A DNA stretch of 64,000 nucleotides from Eledone cirrhosa (taxonomy: Eukaryota), in the NCBI GenBank assembly GCA_964016885.1, contig OZ024742.1:244776001-244840000 (forward strand). The letters are read 5' to 3'. A model generated the notes under the pieces. The model did no database searches, had not been told where the DNA came from, and was given only the letters and a program-made list of their open reading frames with translations. Both the position numbers and the translations under genes were made by a program. Shown here piece after piece: positions 49,185 through 61,899 of the stretch (positions are counted from its first letter, which is position 1; every line of letters starts with the position of its first letter).

Positions 49185-49340
49185 AGGCGGCGAATCGTTA
49201 GAACGTTGGATAGAACGCTTTATGGTATTCGTTCCAGCTCACTGCTCTCCGAGTTCAAATCCCGCCGAGGTCAACTTTGCCTTGCATCCTTTCGAGGTCG
49301 ATAAAAAAGAGTACCAGCCTAGTACTAGGGTCGATTCTTC
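49185..49340 (+). mobile_element. Meta-domain SINE (plus strand)
   Basis: GGCGGCGAATCGTTAG...GAGTTCAAATCCCGCCGAGGTCAACTTTGCC...GAGGTCGATAAAA. Confidence 0.8.
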
Positions 49341-52300
49341 CTCTATATATCTCTTTCTCACTTTGTTTTTCTCTGGAAGAAATCTGCTGTACTCGGGCCT
49401 GGAGAGGGATGGGCTCCGCCAGGCTTAAAAATGCCCAAGAAACGCCATATGTCAATACAGCGCCCCTACGATTCTATCTGGAGTTATAGGACCATGTATT
49501 CCTTCCTTCTACTGATGACCAAGTGCTGAAGCTGGCGGTTTATTGCACAAGCTCCAACAATTCTTGCATTTAATTCGGCCTTCTGTCTTCCATCATTCAT
49601 GAAAACTTCATATTGTTCAAGTAAAAGATAAAATCATATTAGCTGAAATATCGACGACATGGCATATTTTAAGGAAATTTTAGGAACTGCACAAATCTTT
49701 GAGGCTGACGCCATGACCCATTGTCTAATATTCTCTAAGAAACATTTGCAATGGCTATTTAAAAAACATTTTGAGTGTTTTTAATATTTTAGCCATCATT
49801 TACTGTGTAAGCGCATGAAGCATTTGACACAAAATTAGATTTAGAACTTCACAAGCAGGAGTCAACTACGAGTTAAAATAATCACTGATCAACGAGATAA
49901 AATTGTTTGTAAGAGTTAATTTGTTTGTTGATCGATGGTTGTGCATATCGTTAAGTCACGTCGAGTGTTAAACCGAGGTTAAAGTGACAATAGGATGTTT
50001 TAGAGCGAATAATTCTCGCCTTGAATCATTCGTACATTGAAGTTGTGGTATTAATGATATCTTTCTTTTTATAAGCAGCTAGTTTATGGAATTCCATCAA
50101 AGCAAACCATGACAACAGAGCAACAAACACATTGTACATATTTCCGTTTGACAACGAACGTAGTTTCCCCCTCCTCCCTAGTATTTTCTCGATCCATTGT
50201 TTTTCTATGTAAACTTGGAATTCATAATAATTTGAATAGTTTCCAGCCCAGTGGTGCATTATTTTTTCATCACAATGCTACATCCCACTGGATTGTTTTA
50301 GGGGTTGTTAGAAAGCACAAGTATTTAATAACTAATAAACTTTTCATAACAGGTTTTTAAGAGTATGTTCCTCTAACAACGCAATTCATTCGCACAAAAA
50401 GGTTAAAGCAAATAACGAAGTAAAAACGGACAAACTATTTTCTAATTTTAGCCGACAGCTTGAAATCCCGTGGCGATTGGGTGTGAGAAAACAAACCGAG
50501 AAAACTATATGGTATTAGCAATGTTGTTTGTCTTTATTTGGTTGTTTTGCTGAATAATTTACTCATACCAATGATATTTAAAAAGTATATATATAAAAGA
50601 CGGAGAAAAGATATGAATTGGGTAAAACAAAAAAAAAATAAATAAGAAAACTAGACGGTGCACTGAAAAAGGTTTTAAACATGTTACGAAAAACAAACAA
50701 AAAAAAAACGAAACCAAACAAAATATACAATGTTGACATATGTAAAGCTGGAAACATTTAGTTTTAAATTACCATAATTCAGTTTCTTCAGAAAATAATC
50801 TTTACATAGGCATGAAGGCTCAGATTCACAGGGAAAGGAAATGTGGAAATTATCATGTTTATCCCCCACCCCAAGTGATCAGAGTGAAATGCAAATGAGG
50901 AGGAAAGGAGCTTGAATATAATATTCCGTAGCCTTATATTCTCTATATTTGGGTCTTAAGCAAACAATATAGGAATCCTTTTTACCATTTTCTCCACTGA
51001 TATATCGATCCATTTAACCTAATTCTTTCTGTTATAGAAGTCAGCTGGCGTAGATTTCATGTATGTCTACATTTTGATCCACTGTTTGGAAATGAAGCTG
51101 ATATAAAATCGATATAATATGACATTCCTTTTATGGAAATGTTTATCTATCCATCTATCTATCATTTATGTATGTAATGTATGTAAGTGTTTGTTAACAT
51201 GAACATACACAAGATTATTTCTACTTTTTAATAGACATTTTGGTCTTATAGCCAGACTTATATTATTTGGATAAATTTATATAAATATATTTCAGAATTT
51301 ATTCTGTAAATGTTGGAAACAAGCCAAATGCTTAATATCTCTTACGTCCTTCCATAACTGTTCCTACTAGTGGCAGTAGTAGCAGTCTGAATTCTATACA
51401 TAGTTTGGGCTGCAGCAGAAAAAAACTTTGCCAAATATTTGGAGTCAGATTTCATTTACTTCTGGGGACTCACCCGATTATGATGAAGCAAAGTGGCTAC
51501 GTGCTTTCACTAAAAAAAAATGGCTTCTGCATCTCTCACCAATGCTAAGTATGCATTTCTTTCAGTTTCGAAATAGGCGCTTGTCGGACAACAGCAGCAG
51601 CGACAGCAGTTACATTCCTCTATATTCAAAGTTGATGAGGTGGGGCTAGGAAAGGGGAAGAGACTAAGTGAAGAAATAGTTTCCGCGGCAACCATCACAC
51701 TTTAGGTTTCTTAGGGGCGGTGTCTTTTATATTGTGCAATTTGATATATTATACTGGATAAGCAGAGAGCCGGATGTTGAAGGGTGAACTTCTGGTCAGG
51801 ACCTTGTTTCAGAAATAAAATATAGTTTGCTATATAGTTCATAAACTAGGATTTGGGAGGCTGAAGATCTTATTTGTATAGTTTAATGTCGGTGAAATGG
51901 GTCTGGGTGAGGTTTGGCGTCATGACTTTGTGACTGGTCTTTTAATAGCTGGTTGGTGTTAACGTTAGGTTAAATAGGGGGTAGATAAAGGTGATAAGCT
52001 GCCCTCCCTACTGTCAAAAGGAAACTTAATTCGAGGAATTTTATTTTCTGCGTTAAATAGCTTCTTAAGAGAATGGAGACCGTAGTCCTGTTTCTATTCC
52101 CAGTAGGATCCACTTCTCTGAAGCTTTTTTATCCCTTTATCCTTTTACTGGGTTTAATCATTAGACTGCGACACACACTTCACTTTAAAGATGAAGTGAA
52201 GACATATGAAACAAAAGGTTAAAGTCATTGATAAAGTCACAGATTGTGTGATGAAAGAACTTCAATTGATAAATTATTTGATTGGTTGATTAAACAACTA

Positions 52301-52359
52301 AATGGTTTAATTGCCTGATAAATATATAATATAGAATCACGATTCATTCTTTCGGAGGC

Positions 52360-53105
52360 TACTTACATTACTACTTTATTTTATTGACCTTTGAAGGATG
52401 AAAGGCATAGCTGACTTCGGCGGGATTTGAACTCAGTAACGAAGAGTAGCTAAATGCTACAAGGCATTTTGTCCGACGCCCAAACCCCGTCCTCCCCCAA
52501 ATTTCTCTGTAGCATTTAGTTAGGGCCCTTTACGTTCTGAATTCAAATCCCGCCAAGATCTCGGTTTTCGCGAAAGATATAAACATTGTCACGGAACATT
52601 ATAAATTTTGAATTATTCTGTTTAACGATCCAGTTTTTATACACCTGGTGGGTCTCTGATACGTGTTTTCGCAGGGCTAGCAAATTAGACGCCCTATTAC
52701 AATTTCCTGTATACGACGACCGTGGAGGGAAGGGGAAGTCAATTAAATCGACTCAGTACGTTACTGGTACTTAATTTCATCGACTCCGTGAGGATGAAAG
52801 GCAAAGCTAACTTCGGCGGGATTTGAACTCAGAACGTAAAGGACCGTAACTATATGCCACAAAGCATGTTGTCCGACTCTCTATAGTGCCAATCCACCAG
52901 TAATAATAATAATAATTGATTTTACTTAGGGCATAAGGCCAGCAATTTGAAGGGAGGGGGAAAGTCGATTAAATCAACCCCCATTGCATTACTGGTACTT
53001 TATTTTATTGACTTCGTAAGGATGAAAGGAAAAGCTAACTTCGGCGGGATTTGAACTCAGAATTTAAAGGACAGGGTGTCCGACGCTCTACCGATACTGC
53101 CAATC
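52360..53105 (-). mobile_element. Meta-domain SINE cluster (3 minus copies plus 1 inverted head fragment)
   Basis: SINE consensus at ~52360-52480, 52720-52890 and 52915-53105; plus-strand head at ~52508-52557. Confidence 0.85.
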
Positions 53106-54214
53106 TACATAGTTTTAGTGAAAGGATATAATAAACTGGATCGAGCTGAGTAGTATGCCTGATAACATTCATTTCATTGATATCGGAAGAAGATTAAAAT
53201 GTAAAAATTGATTTCATTAGGATACAAACTCAGAATGGTTCTGGCTTATCACGAAGGTTTCTTTTATAAACATGGCGGTTCAGATTTATAGATGAGAAAT
53301 TAAATTTTGTAAGATCGGTGTGTGTGTGTATAACACTTTTCCATTCTCTCATCCACTTCCGCCTCTTATAAAATCTTTCTCTTTCGTTTTTCTTTGTTTT
53401 TTAGCAACTAACATTGGAATGATCGGACATTTCTGTGGTTCTTTCTCCTTTTTATGTTCTAAAGCTTTTCGAGTCTTCAAACTTAGTTTGTCAAATAACT
53501 GGTATATGATTACATTATCATAGAGTTAGATATTTGATTTCTTCCATATATGTTACGTCAGCGTCACGTACCCCTGGGTCTGTTCCAGGTATTTTCCTTT
53601 CATCTTATATTCATTCCTTTTTGTAAAATTCCATGACCGTGTGGTTACAGCTAGTTTATTTATTTTACATTGTAACGCCATTTTGAACTTAGCAGTACTG
53701 TTGTAGGCGTCGAAACCTCAAATGTTCGAAATAGACAGCTGACGATTATGTAGTGTTTCGTTCATTTGCTCGTTTCCGCCATCTCCGTGCCATGTTATGT
53801 TTGTTGTAACCCTCTCTGTACGTTTTCAACGGCTTATGTCCTTTTTTATTAATTGGTGTATATGTATGCGCGCGCGCACACACACATACATTATTTAATT
53901 GATTTACATACGTTTCATTTAATTCCTGGCTGCCTTATACAGTTGTATCATTAACTCATTTACGCTACACAGTCTCTCTCTATACCTTCATGAAAAGGCT
54001 GTCACAATGCACATAATAGCTACAAAATGCTCGAATAAATCAGGTAAATTATCCAGAAAGAAAGAAAAGAGATGAGAAGGAGGAGTGCTGTGAGCATAAG
54101 ATGTAAATATATATTGAAAGGTATTTTATTTAATCCGGCCATCTACAATATTGTGAAATCGCCCTTGTAAACAACAACTCCAACAGTAATGACAACAACA
54201 GCTATAATAATTTG

Positions 54215-55193
54215 TCATTGCTATCCTGATGTCTCTATATGAAGGCGCGAGTATTTGTGTTCGGATAAATGGTGCTAAATCGAAACTATTCATTGTGGGA
54301 GTCCGACTCAGCCAAGGGTGCGTACTCTCCTGTTCATTATTTTCACGAACAGGATTGGCATACGCAGCTGGGTTGGAAGTGGTATCATGAGTGGTGGGTG
54401 TAAAATCAGTCGGCTGGAATTTGTAGACGACATAGTATTACTTAACTCGACAGAAGATGATCTCCGACTTGCACTTGATAGGTTTGATACCGAGTGCTGT
54501 ATGGCTAGAATGAAAATCAGTGCTGTGAAAATTGGGACACTCGTCCTCCCAAGAAAGCCTGTGCAGTGCACTCTACATGTGACTGGAGTTCCACTGAAGC
54601 AGGTAGAGAAGTTCAAGTATCTCGGGACCGTGTTCACGAGTGATGGAAGGAAGGAAACTGAATTAAGTGCAATAATTGCAGGAGCTGGTGCAGTAATGTG
54701 CCAGCTTCAGCATTCGGTAATCAAAAGAAAGGAAGTTTAAAAGCCAAACTAGCTGTCTTCAATTCGGTAATCGTGCTAACCCTTCCTTATGGTCATGAAT
54801 CTTGGGTATTGGCCGAAAGAATACGATTACGAATACGAGCGAAGGGTCTTTGAAGTAATGTTATTCGATAGTGCATAGCTCGGAGATCAGAGAGTCACTC
54901 CAGGTAGGGATTCTATTTCTCCGAATTGAGAGATCACAGCTCTGATACTATGGGTATGTGGTCAGAATGTCTCAGAAAAGAATCGCTGGACAGATCTTAC
55001 AGGAAAAACCAACCGACAGGAGACCCATGGGTAGACCCTGAGCAAGATGGTTGGATAACATCCATGATCTCGGCTGATCTCGATAAGGGATCCAGTCGGA
55101 TCTATTGGAGACGGTTCTTCTGACAAGACTCACTGGAAGGAATGTTTGAGGACTCTTCCCCCATGACCTTCTCAGGAATAAGTGGGCGAAGAA
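54215..55193 (+). mobile_element. RTE family A 3' half
   Basis: ORF 54318-54740 (FVDDIVLL...MKIS...VEKFKYLG); GAAGAAG tail. Confidence 0.9.
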
Positions 55194-55324
55194 GTTATAG
55201 TCGATTGGATAGTCTTAGATATTAGTGGCATCTATTTTCTCGGTTTCGGAGAATTGAATGAGAAAGTCAACAGTGACAAGATTTGAACTCATGATATAAA
55301 TAAATAAAACTAAATACTGTAAAG

Positions 55325-55512
55325 CAGGCATGTCAAACATGCGACCCTTTACAAGGATACATGCGGCCCGCACAAAGGTTTTTACAGCGCGAGCATGTTT
55401 TATCTTCGTAATATAAAATATAAAGAATGTTGTAATGTGCACAATTAGTTGTTGTTTGTGGCCTTCAGACAACACGTGTCACTCTCGGGGGACTCTCAGT
55501 CCGACATGCCTG
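55325..55512. mobile_element. hAT (Buster/Charlie-type) MITE
   Basis: CAGGCATGTC...GACATGCCTG TIRs; perfect 8-bp TSD CTGTAAAG. Confidence 0.9.
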
Positions 55513-55589
55513 CTGTAAAGCATTAAGTTTGACGAATTTCCGTTTCTGTCAGACCAATGGCACCACCAGTAAAAGCCGCAGCAACATCA

Positions 55590-55770
55590 ATAATACTTTC
55601 TAACATTGGCACCAGGCCAGCCATTTAAAGGGAGGTGATAGTTGATTATATCGACACTAGTTCTTAACTGGTATTGAATGAAAAGCGAAGTTGACTTCGG
55701 CGAGATTTGAACTCAGAACCTAAAGAGCCTGAGTAAATACTACCAAGCATTTTTCCCGAATTCCTAATAG
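55590..55770 (-). mobile_element. Old Meta-domain SINE
   Basis: Degenerate consensus. Confidence 0.65.
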
Positions 55771-56378
55771 AATGACAAGCAGCATCAATAATCATAACAA
55801 TTGTTATTTTAAACTTAGGCACAACAATATCAAATCAACAGTAGTTATAGAGATGTAGTTTTGGCAATGTTTCCATGTGCGGGTTGTCACGAGGTATAAT
55901 TAGAGTTTCTGATTATCGCATGATCGCATTTGTAGGGACTTTGAGGGTTTTATTTCTGTTGTTCACGACTAGACAGGGTTAAGTCTGCTTCCTTCATATG
56001 TATAGTGATTATGTCTTTGTTCTGTTGAAAAAAAAACAAATAAAACCCCCAAGTTGTCATGTCTCTATTGAAAATTATTCTGTAAGCCATTGTTCATGGA
56101 GTCAGTGTTTTGTCTGGCGTGAAGTGTGTAGGTTGCGTGTTGATGACGTACATGTGCAAAAGGTTAAGGAGGAGTGAAGGGTGGTATCATCTGTATAGAT
56201 GTGTGTGTTGTTAAATCTGGCAGTAAATAGGTCATTAATGTAGAAAGCAAAGCGTAGTAGTACTGAATTTTCAATAAATACTTATAGATTATATGATGAA
56301 CTAAGCTTTTGGATCTGGATACAACTGCTTGAAGAATACATGTTCGATACATGTACATGTTTGACAATATAAAAATTA

Positions 56379-56536
56379 CCGTATTTCCCGGCGTTGAAGA
56401 CGCTACTTTTTTCCTAAAATAAGTTTTGAAAATCTACCATGCGTCCTGGAGGCCGAAGGTTGTTTATTATTATTTTTTCTTTCAAATTTTTGGTTGTCAA
56501 AATTAGGGTGCGTCCTCGAGGCGCCGGGAAGTACAG
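56379..56536. mobile_element. pogo/Tigger-type MITE
   Basis: TA|CCGTATTTCCCGGCG...CGCCGGGAAGTACAG|TA. Confidence 0.8.
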
Positions 56537-56581
56537 TAATGTTGTACATACATACGTCCAATAAAGTACAATCTATCTAAT

Positions 56582-57138
56582 AATTGTTTCTACTTTTGGC
56601 ACAAGGCCAGCAATTACTCAGTACATTACTGGTACTTTATTTTATCGACCCCGTAAGGATGAAAGGCAAAGTTAACCTCGACGGGATTTGAACTCAGACC
56701 GTAAAGGGGCGTAACTATGCTAGAAAGCATAGCGTCCAACCCTCTACTGATACTGCCAATTCACATCTAATAATGGTTTGTAATTTAGGCACAAGACCAA
56801 CAAATTTTGAGAGAGGGGAAAGTCAATTAAATTAACACAGTACATTACTGGTATTCATTTTATCGACCCCGTAAGGATGAAAAGCAAAGCTAATCTCGAC
56901 GGGATTTGAACACAGAACGTAAAGGGTCTGTCACGAAGTATGTTGTGGGCTAATATATAATTGTTTCTATTTTTGGCACAAGGCCAGCAATTACCCCAGT
57001 GCATTACTGGTCCTTTATTTTGTCGACCCTGTGAGCATGAAAGGCAAAGTTAACCTCGGCGGGATTTGAATTCAGACCGTAAAGGGCCGTAACTATGCTG
57101 CAAAGTATGGCGTCCGACCCTCTACCGATTCTACCAAT
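56582..57138 (-). mobile_element. Three head-to-tail Meta-domain SINEs
   Basis: SINE consensus three times; ATCTAATAAT duplication flanks the first copy. Confidence 0.9.
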
Positions 57139-57553
57139 CAATAATGGAATATAGATATCACAAGTGAAACTCCAGAGTAACAAGACTCATCACTTAGCCA
57201 TACTAAATAATATTATATTGTGAAATATAGATATAGTGTACTAGCGTATTTCTAAAAGATATTTTAACAAAAAATGTTTTCCATTATAGGTTGGGTGTTT
57301 TTAAAGTAGCAACTTGACTTCTTGGTAAATGCCATGTCTGACACCCTCACTAATCGGCCCTGGTGCTATGTTGTATCATGCTCCAACATGTTAAATAGGA
57401 GGGGGGGGGGGGGTGTACTTAAAAGTTACAAGTCGACCTCAGACAAAACAATTGATTGCTGAGTCACTGGTATTGTTGAAGCATTTTTCTTTTTTCTTTT
57501 CTTTCTTATTTTCCACTTCCTCATTTAATGTGTTCCCATGGTTCATATGTGAA

Positions 57554-57776
57554 GATCAACTCGTGGTGTGAGTAGGTTATGCCTGGAAGGAAGGTTGGCT
57601 GGTAAGAGAAGCAGAGGCCCGTAGCCAAAACGATGGCTTGATAATGTCAACTTATGGACTGGACTTGATCTTTGCCCTTTAAAGCTCTTTAAACTCTGCT
57701 GCTGGTGATCGAACTTTGGAGAAAAATATCTCATGTTGATGGACAGTCTGCAACTGGCGGAGTTTAGCGTCACAAG
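57554..57776 (+). mobile_element. 5'-truncated RTE 3' end with 16-bp TSD
   Basis: LEGRLAGKRSRGP*PKRWLDNVNLWTG; ATGGTTCATATGTGAA at 57538-57553 and 57777-57792. Confidence 0.75.
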
Positions 57777-57878
57777 ATGGTTCATATGTGAAAAAGAATT
57801 GGTCTGAAAATTCCACTTAGAAGAAACTATTATAAATAAGAATGGAGCAGGTGGAACTTCCTTCTGTTAAAATATTCA

Positions 57879-58345
57879 GGATTTGAACTCAGAACATAAA
57901 GGGCCGCAACTCTATGTCGCAAAGCATGTTGTCCGACGCTCTACCGATTCTGCCAATCCACCGTCCTAATTTCCAAATAATTGTTTCTACTTTTGGCACA
58001 AGGCCAGCAATTACCCAGTGCATTACTGGTACTTTATTTTATCGACCCCGGAAGGATGAAAGGCAAAGTTAACCTCGGCGGGATTTGAACTCAGAATGGC
58101 ATGGGCCGTAACTCTGTGTCAAAGCATGGTGTCCGACCCTCTACAGATACTGCCAATCCACTTTACAAATAATTGTTTCTACTTTTGCCACAAGGCCAGC
58201 AAATACCCAGTACATTACTGGTACTTTATTTTATTGACACCGTAAGGATGCAAGGCAAAGTTAACCTCGACGGGATTTGAATCCAGACCGTAAAGGGACG
58301 TAACTATGCTAGAAAGCATGGCGTCCGACCCTCTACCGATACTAA
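57879..58345 (-). mobile_element. SINE array forming the spacer of the inverted repeat
   Basis: One head fragment plus two full copies. Confidence 0.9.
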
Positions 58346-58989
58346 TGAGCAGAATACAGATTCTGAATATTTTAACAGAAGGAAGTTCCATCTGCCCCAT
58401 TCTTATTTATAACAGTTTCTTCTAAGTGGAATTTCCAGACCAATTCTTCTTCACATATGAACCATGGGAACACATTAAATGAGGAAGTGGAAAATAAGAA
58501 AGAAAAGAAAAAAAAAATGTTTCAACAATACCAGTGACTCAGCAATCAATTGTTTTGTCTGAGGTCGACTTGTAAGTTTTAAGTAATCCCCCACCCCCTA
58601 TTTAACACGTGGAGCATGATACAACATAGCACCAGGGCCGATTAGTGAGGGTGTCAGACATGGCATTTACCAAGAAGTCAAGTTGCTACTTTAAAAACAC
58701 CCAACCTATAATAGAAAACATTTTTTGTTAAAATATCTTTTAGAAATACGCTAGTACACTATATCTATATTTCACAATATAATATTATTTAGTATGGCTA
58801 AGTGATGAGTCTTGTTACTCTGGAGTTTCACTTGTGATATCTATATTCCATTATTGATTGGCAGAATCGGTAGCGGGTCGGACGCCAAACTTTGCAGCAT
58901 ACTTGCGGCTCTTTACGGTCTGAATTCAAATCCCGCCGAGGTTAACTTTGTCTTTCATCCTTACGGGGTCGATAAAATAAAGGACCAGC

Positions 58990-60240
58990 ATGTGTCACAT
59001 ATCGGCCACCAGATGCGCCTAGTTATGAGGACAAGTTTGAAAGAAGTAATCAAACTGGATCAGAGTCGCAAGGTTAAATGGCCCGAAGGTCACTCCGTCT
59101 CAGGAATGATGGCACCTGAACAAAGGCAGACAGAATCCTTGCTAGACCTTAGATTTTTCAGAAAACAAATGGTACTTAATCTAACAAGAGGTGAGACTAT
59201 CCCGAATCTCTGCTTTACAAATAACACGGAGCTCATCCGCAGTAGTTAAGTAACACCAACGATTTTCTCGGATCATAACATATTAGAACTAGTCCGGAGA
59301 AGACTAGACATGCGGCCAACAGTGAGCACTCGGTTTCTGTCCTGGCTAAACGTCCATAATGCTAACTGGAAAAAGGATTCAGGAGGAAATTCTGAAGCAA
59401 AATCGGACCGACAGTCTCTCTACTGAAGATGTCAACATGCAACTTGAGCAATTCAATTGCAAGCCATATGCTTTAAACTTGTCCCAGAAAGAAAAGCTAA
59501 CAGACTCAAAATATTATTCCCAGAGACAGAAAATCCTTATGAGACAGAGAACGAAGGTCTCAAACCGATGACGCATACAACTTAAGAACAAGAAATCCCA
59601 TTTGAAGCAGGCAGTGTTTCAAATTGAAGCTGAACTCAAACTCTCCCACGAGAAAGAGAAGCCGAGGCTATAGAAAAAATAAAAACGAACCCGAACCCTA
59701 AGGCTTTCTTTAAATTTGCAAAAAAGACCGCTTGGTATACTACAAGATAAATAAAAATGGTTTACTGACCGCACACCTCCAAGGGATAAGTGAGGGACTG
59801 AACGAACAATATAAAAGTGTTTTCTCAACTTCCATGAGACGTGCAAATAAATAAGCCAGATCAATTCTTCAAGACTACTGCATTACACAGAAATGGCAAC
59901 CATCAACTATATAGATATAAAGGATGAAAATATAATATCTTCCATAAATGAACTTCAGCTGCTGGCTGGCTCTGATAGTTTTCCAGCAATTCTCCTAAAA
60001 ACATGCAAACGAATCTTAGCAAAACTACTGCAGATCTCTTCCAAAGCTCCTTTGCAAATGGTAAACTACCCGGAAACTAAAAGAAGGCATATGTCCTATC
60101 CATAAAGGAGGAAGCAGAGCAGATGCTAAAATCTACAAACCCATCTTCCTGACCTCACAGAAATCGTCAGAAGGAAATTGATCACTTTTCTTGAAGAAAA
60201 TTGTCTTCTAACTGAACCCAGCATGGCTTTCGCCCAGGTA
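58990..60240 (+). mobile_element. CR1/L2-group LINE fragment (end of endonuclease to start of RT)
   Basis: LCFTNNTELI, SDHNILEL, IKTNP, AGSDSFPAILLKTC, PIHKGGSRADAKIYKPI and QHGFRPG. Confidence 0.75.
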
Positions 60241-60407
60241 TGCATGGATACATATATGTATGTATGATCAATTCGATCCCTTATTCTTTATAAAACCAGT
60301 ACGTTTGATACTGGGTTGATTACAGAGTAGAGTTGAGTACGACACTAGATTGCCTATGGGATAACATACCAGATATGGTACTGCACTCTTTTAGCTTTGT
60401 CTAAATC

Positions 60408-60566
60408 GAAGGAAACCACGTGACTGTGTACTATTTAATCCATAGTTGGGAGTCTGATGATGGTAACTAGGACATTTTCACACGCTGATGTCGAAGGCAA
60501 CCACAAGACAGTGGCACTATATAATCCATAGTTGAGAGTCTTTTGATGGGCATTTTCACACACTGG
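60408..60566. repeat. ~85-bp imperfect tandem duplication
   Basis: CGAAGG(A/C)AACCAC...TAATCCATAGTTG(G/A)GAGTCT...CATTTTCACAC occurs twice. Confidence 0.7.
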
Positions 60567-60669
60567 TGAGTCTACATTGTATTTCTATGGGGAGATTATT
60601 GGTAAGTTTAACTTGAGACTGTAAAACGTCAAGTTACCGTGTGTGACTAAGAGGAGGTGTTGTGTAGAG

Positions 60670-60871
60670 CAAGCATGTCAAACATGCGGCCCGCAGGCTA
60701 CATACGGATTTTTACAAGCACACCTGCGGCCCGCACAAAGGTTTTTACAGCGCGAGCGTAATATAAAAAAATATTAGTTGTAATGTGCCGAATTAGTTGT
60801 CATGTGTGGCCCTCGGACAACACATATGTGACCCATGCGGCCATCGGGGGACCTTCAGTTTGATATGCCTG
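60670..60871. mobile_element. hAT MITE (same family as 55325-55512)
   Basis: CAAGCATGTCAAAC...GTTTGATATGCCTG; TSD GTGTAGAG on both sides. Confidence 0.9.
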
Positions 60872-60993
60872 GTGTAGAGCTTGTTGCTAGGAGACTGTAA
60901 AACGTCAAGTTACCGTGTGTGACTACGAGAATGTATTATGTAGCAGGGATTGTTGCTGGAGATGTTTTATCACGAGGAAGTATTATGTAAGAG

Positions 60994-61332
60994 CAGGGTT
61001 CTCAAACACGCGGCCTGCGAACTACTTTTTTATGGCCCACAGCAGAACAACGTCCGTGATTAATATTTTCTTAACACTTCGTAATTTTGGAAATTTGTTT
61101 CCCTACATTTTGTAGTAATTCACTTATCCCACTTATTCTTTATGTGTATTCATTTTAATAAAAACTAAATAAATAAATAAATTAATTAATATATATATAA
61201 ATAGCAGCCTATCAACTGTATTACAGATTAGCGTTATAACTGATGTAACTTATGCCCTCCCTACTCACCTCACTTTTACCTCGCTGTGCCATTTCCCCAT
61301 GGCCCTTTGGATCCTTCAGTTTGAGATCCCTG
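60994..61332. mobile_element. hAT MITE, second family
   Basis: CAGGGTTCTCAAAC...GTTTGAGATCCCTG; TSD ATGTA(A)GAG. Confidence 0.8.
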
Positions 61333-61899
61333 ATGTAGAGCTTGTTGTTGGAGGAGCTGTGTACTGGTAAGGAAAGACGCACTCAGCTGTCTTTTTTTTT
61401 CCTCATTGCTGCTAGCTAGCGGTGAAAAGCCGAAGGTAGGTTTGTGATAACATACAAGCTCGCTTCACTTATAGACTCGGGCCCAAGTTGTCGACCTCAT
61501 CGAAGTGGACCCTAGAAACTAATCACTGATCTCGATCAAGCGAACGACAATAACAACCTGAGACAGCAACAAGAAAAAGAAGCTGGTACACTAGACACAT
61601 TATGGCATATAAAATGATTTTTTTTTTTCATCGAAGATGAAATTGGTTTTCTCCGAATGTGTTTGGAACATTAATTCCTGATCTGTATTTTGTTTCCTTC
61701 AGCAAATTATTTCTTGAAATATGACAGCTTTTATTTTTCTCAATACTTAAGATGTATTATTAAAATATATTTTATACAAGATGTGTTTATTGCTTGAACC
61801 GAAACACGTGGCATAATCCGTTTTAACCCCATGTTTATATCACGGATTCAGTTAGCTATACTTGCAATTGAAGAATATATATTATACAAGCTTATAAAT

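Larger units (their letters stand above)
57007..58988. repeat. Long inverted repeat (arms 57007-57879 and 58363-58988)
   Basis: The arms are near-perfect reverse complements once a 239-bp insert in the left arm is removed. Confidence 0.95.

Noticed and set aside
56582-58345. Regular repeat-spacer array
   Set aside because: Units are ~180-bp SINEs with irregular truncations and TSDs, not short repeats with spacers.
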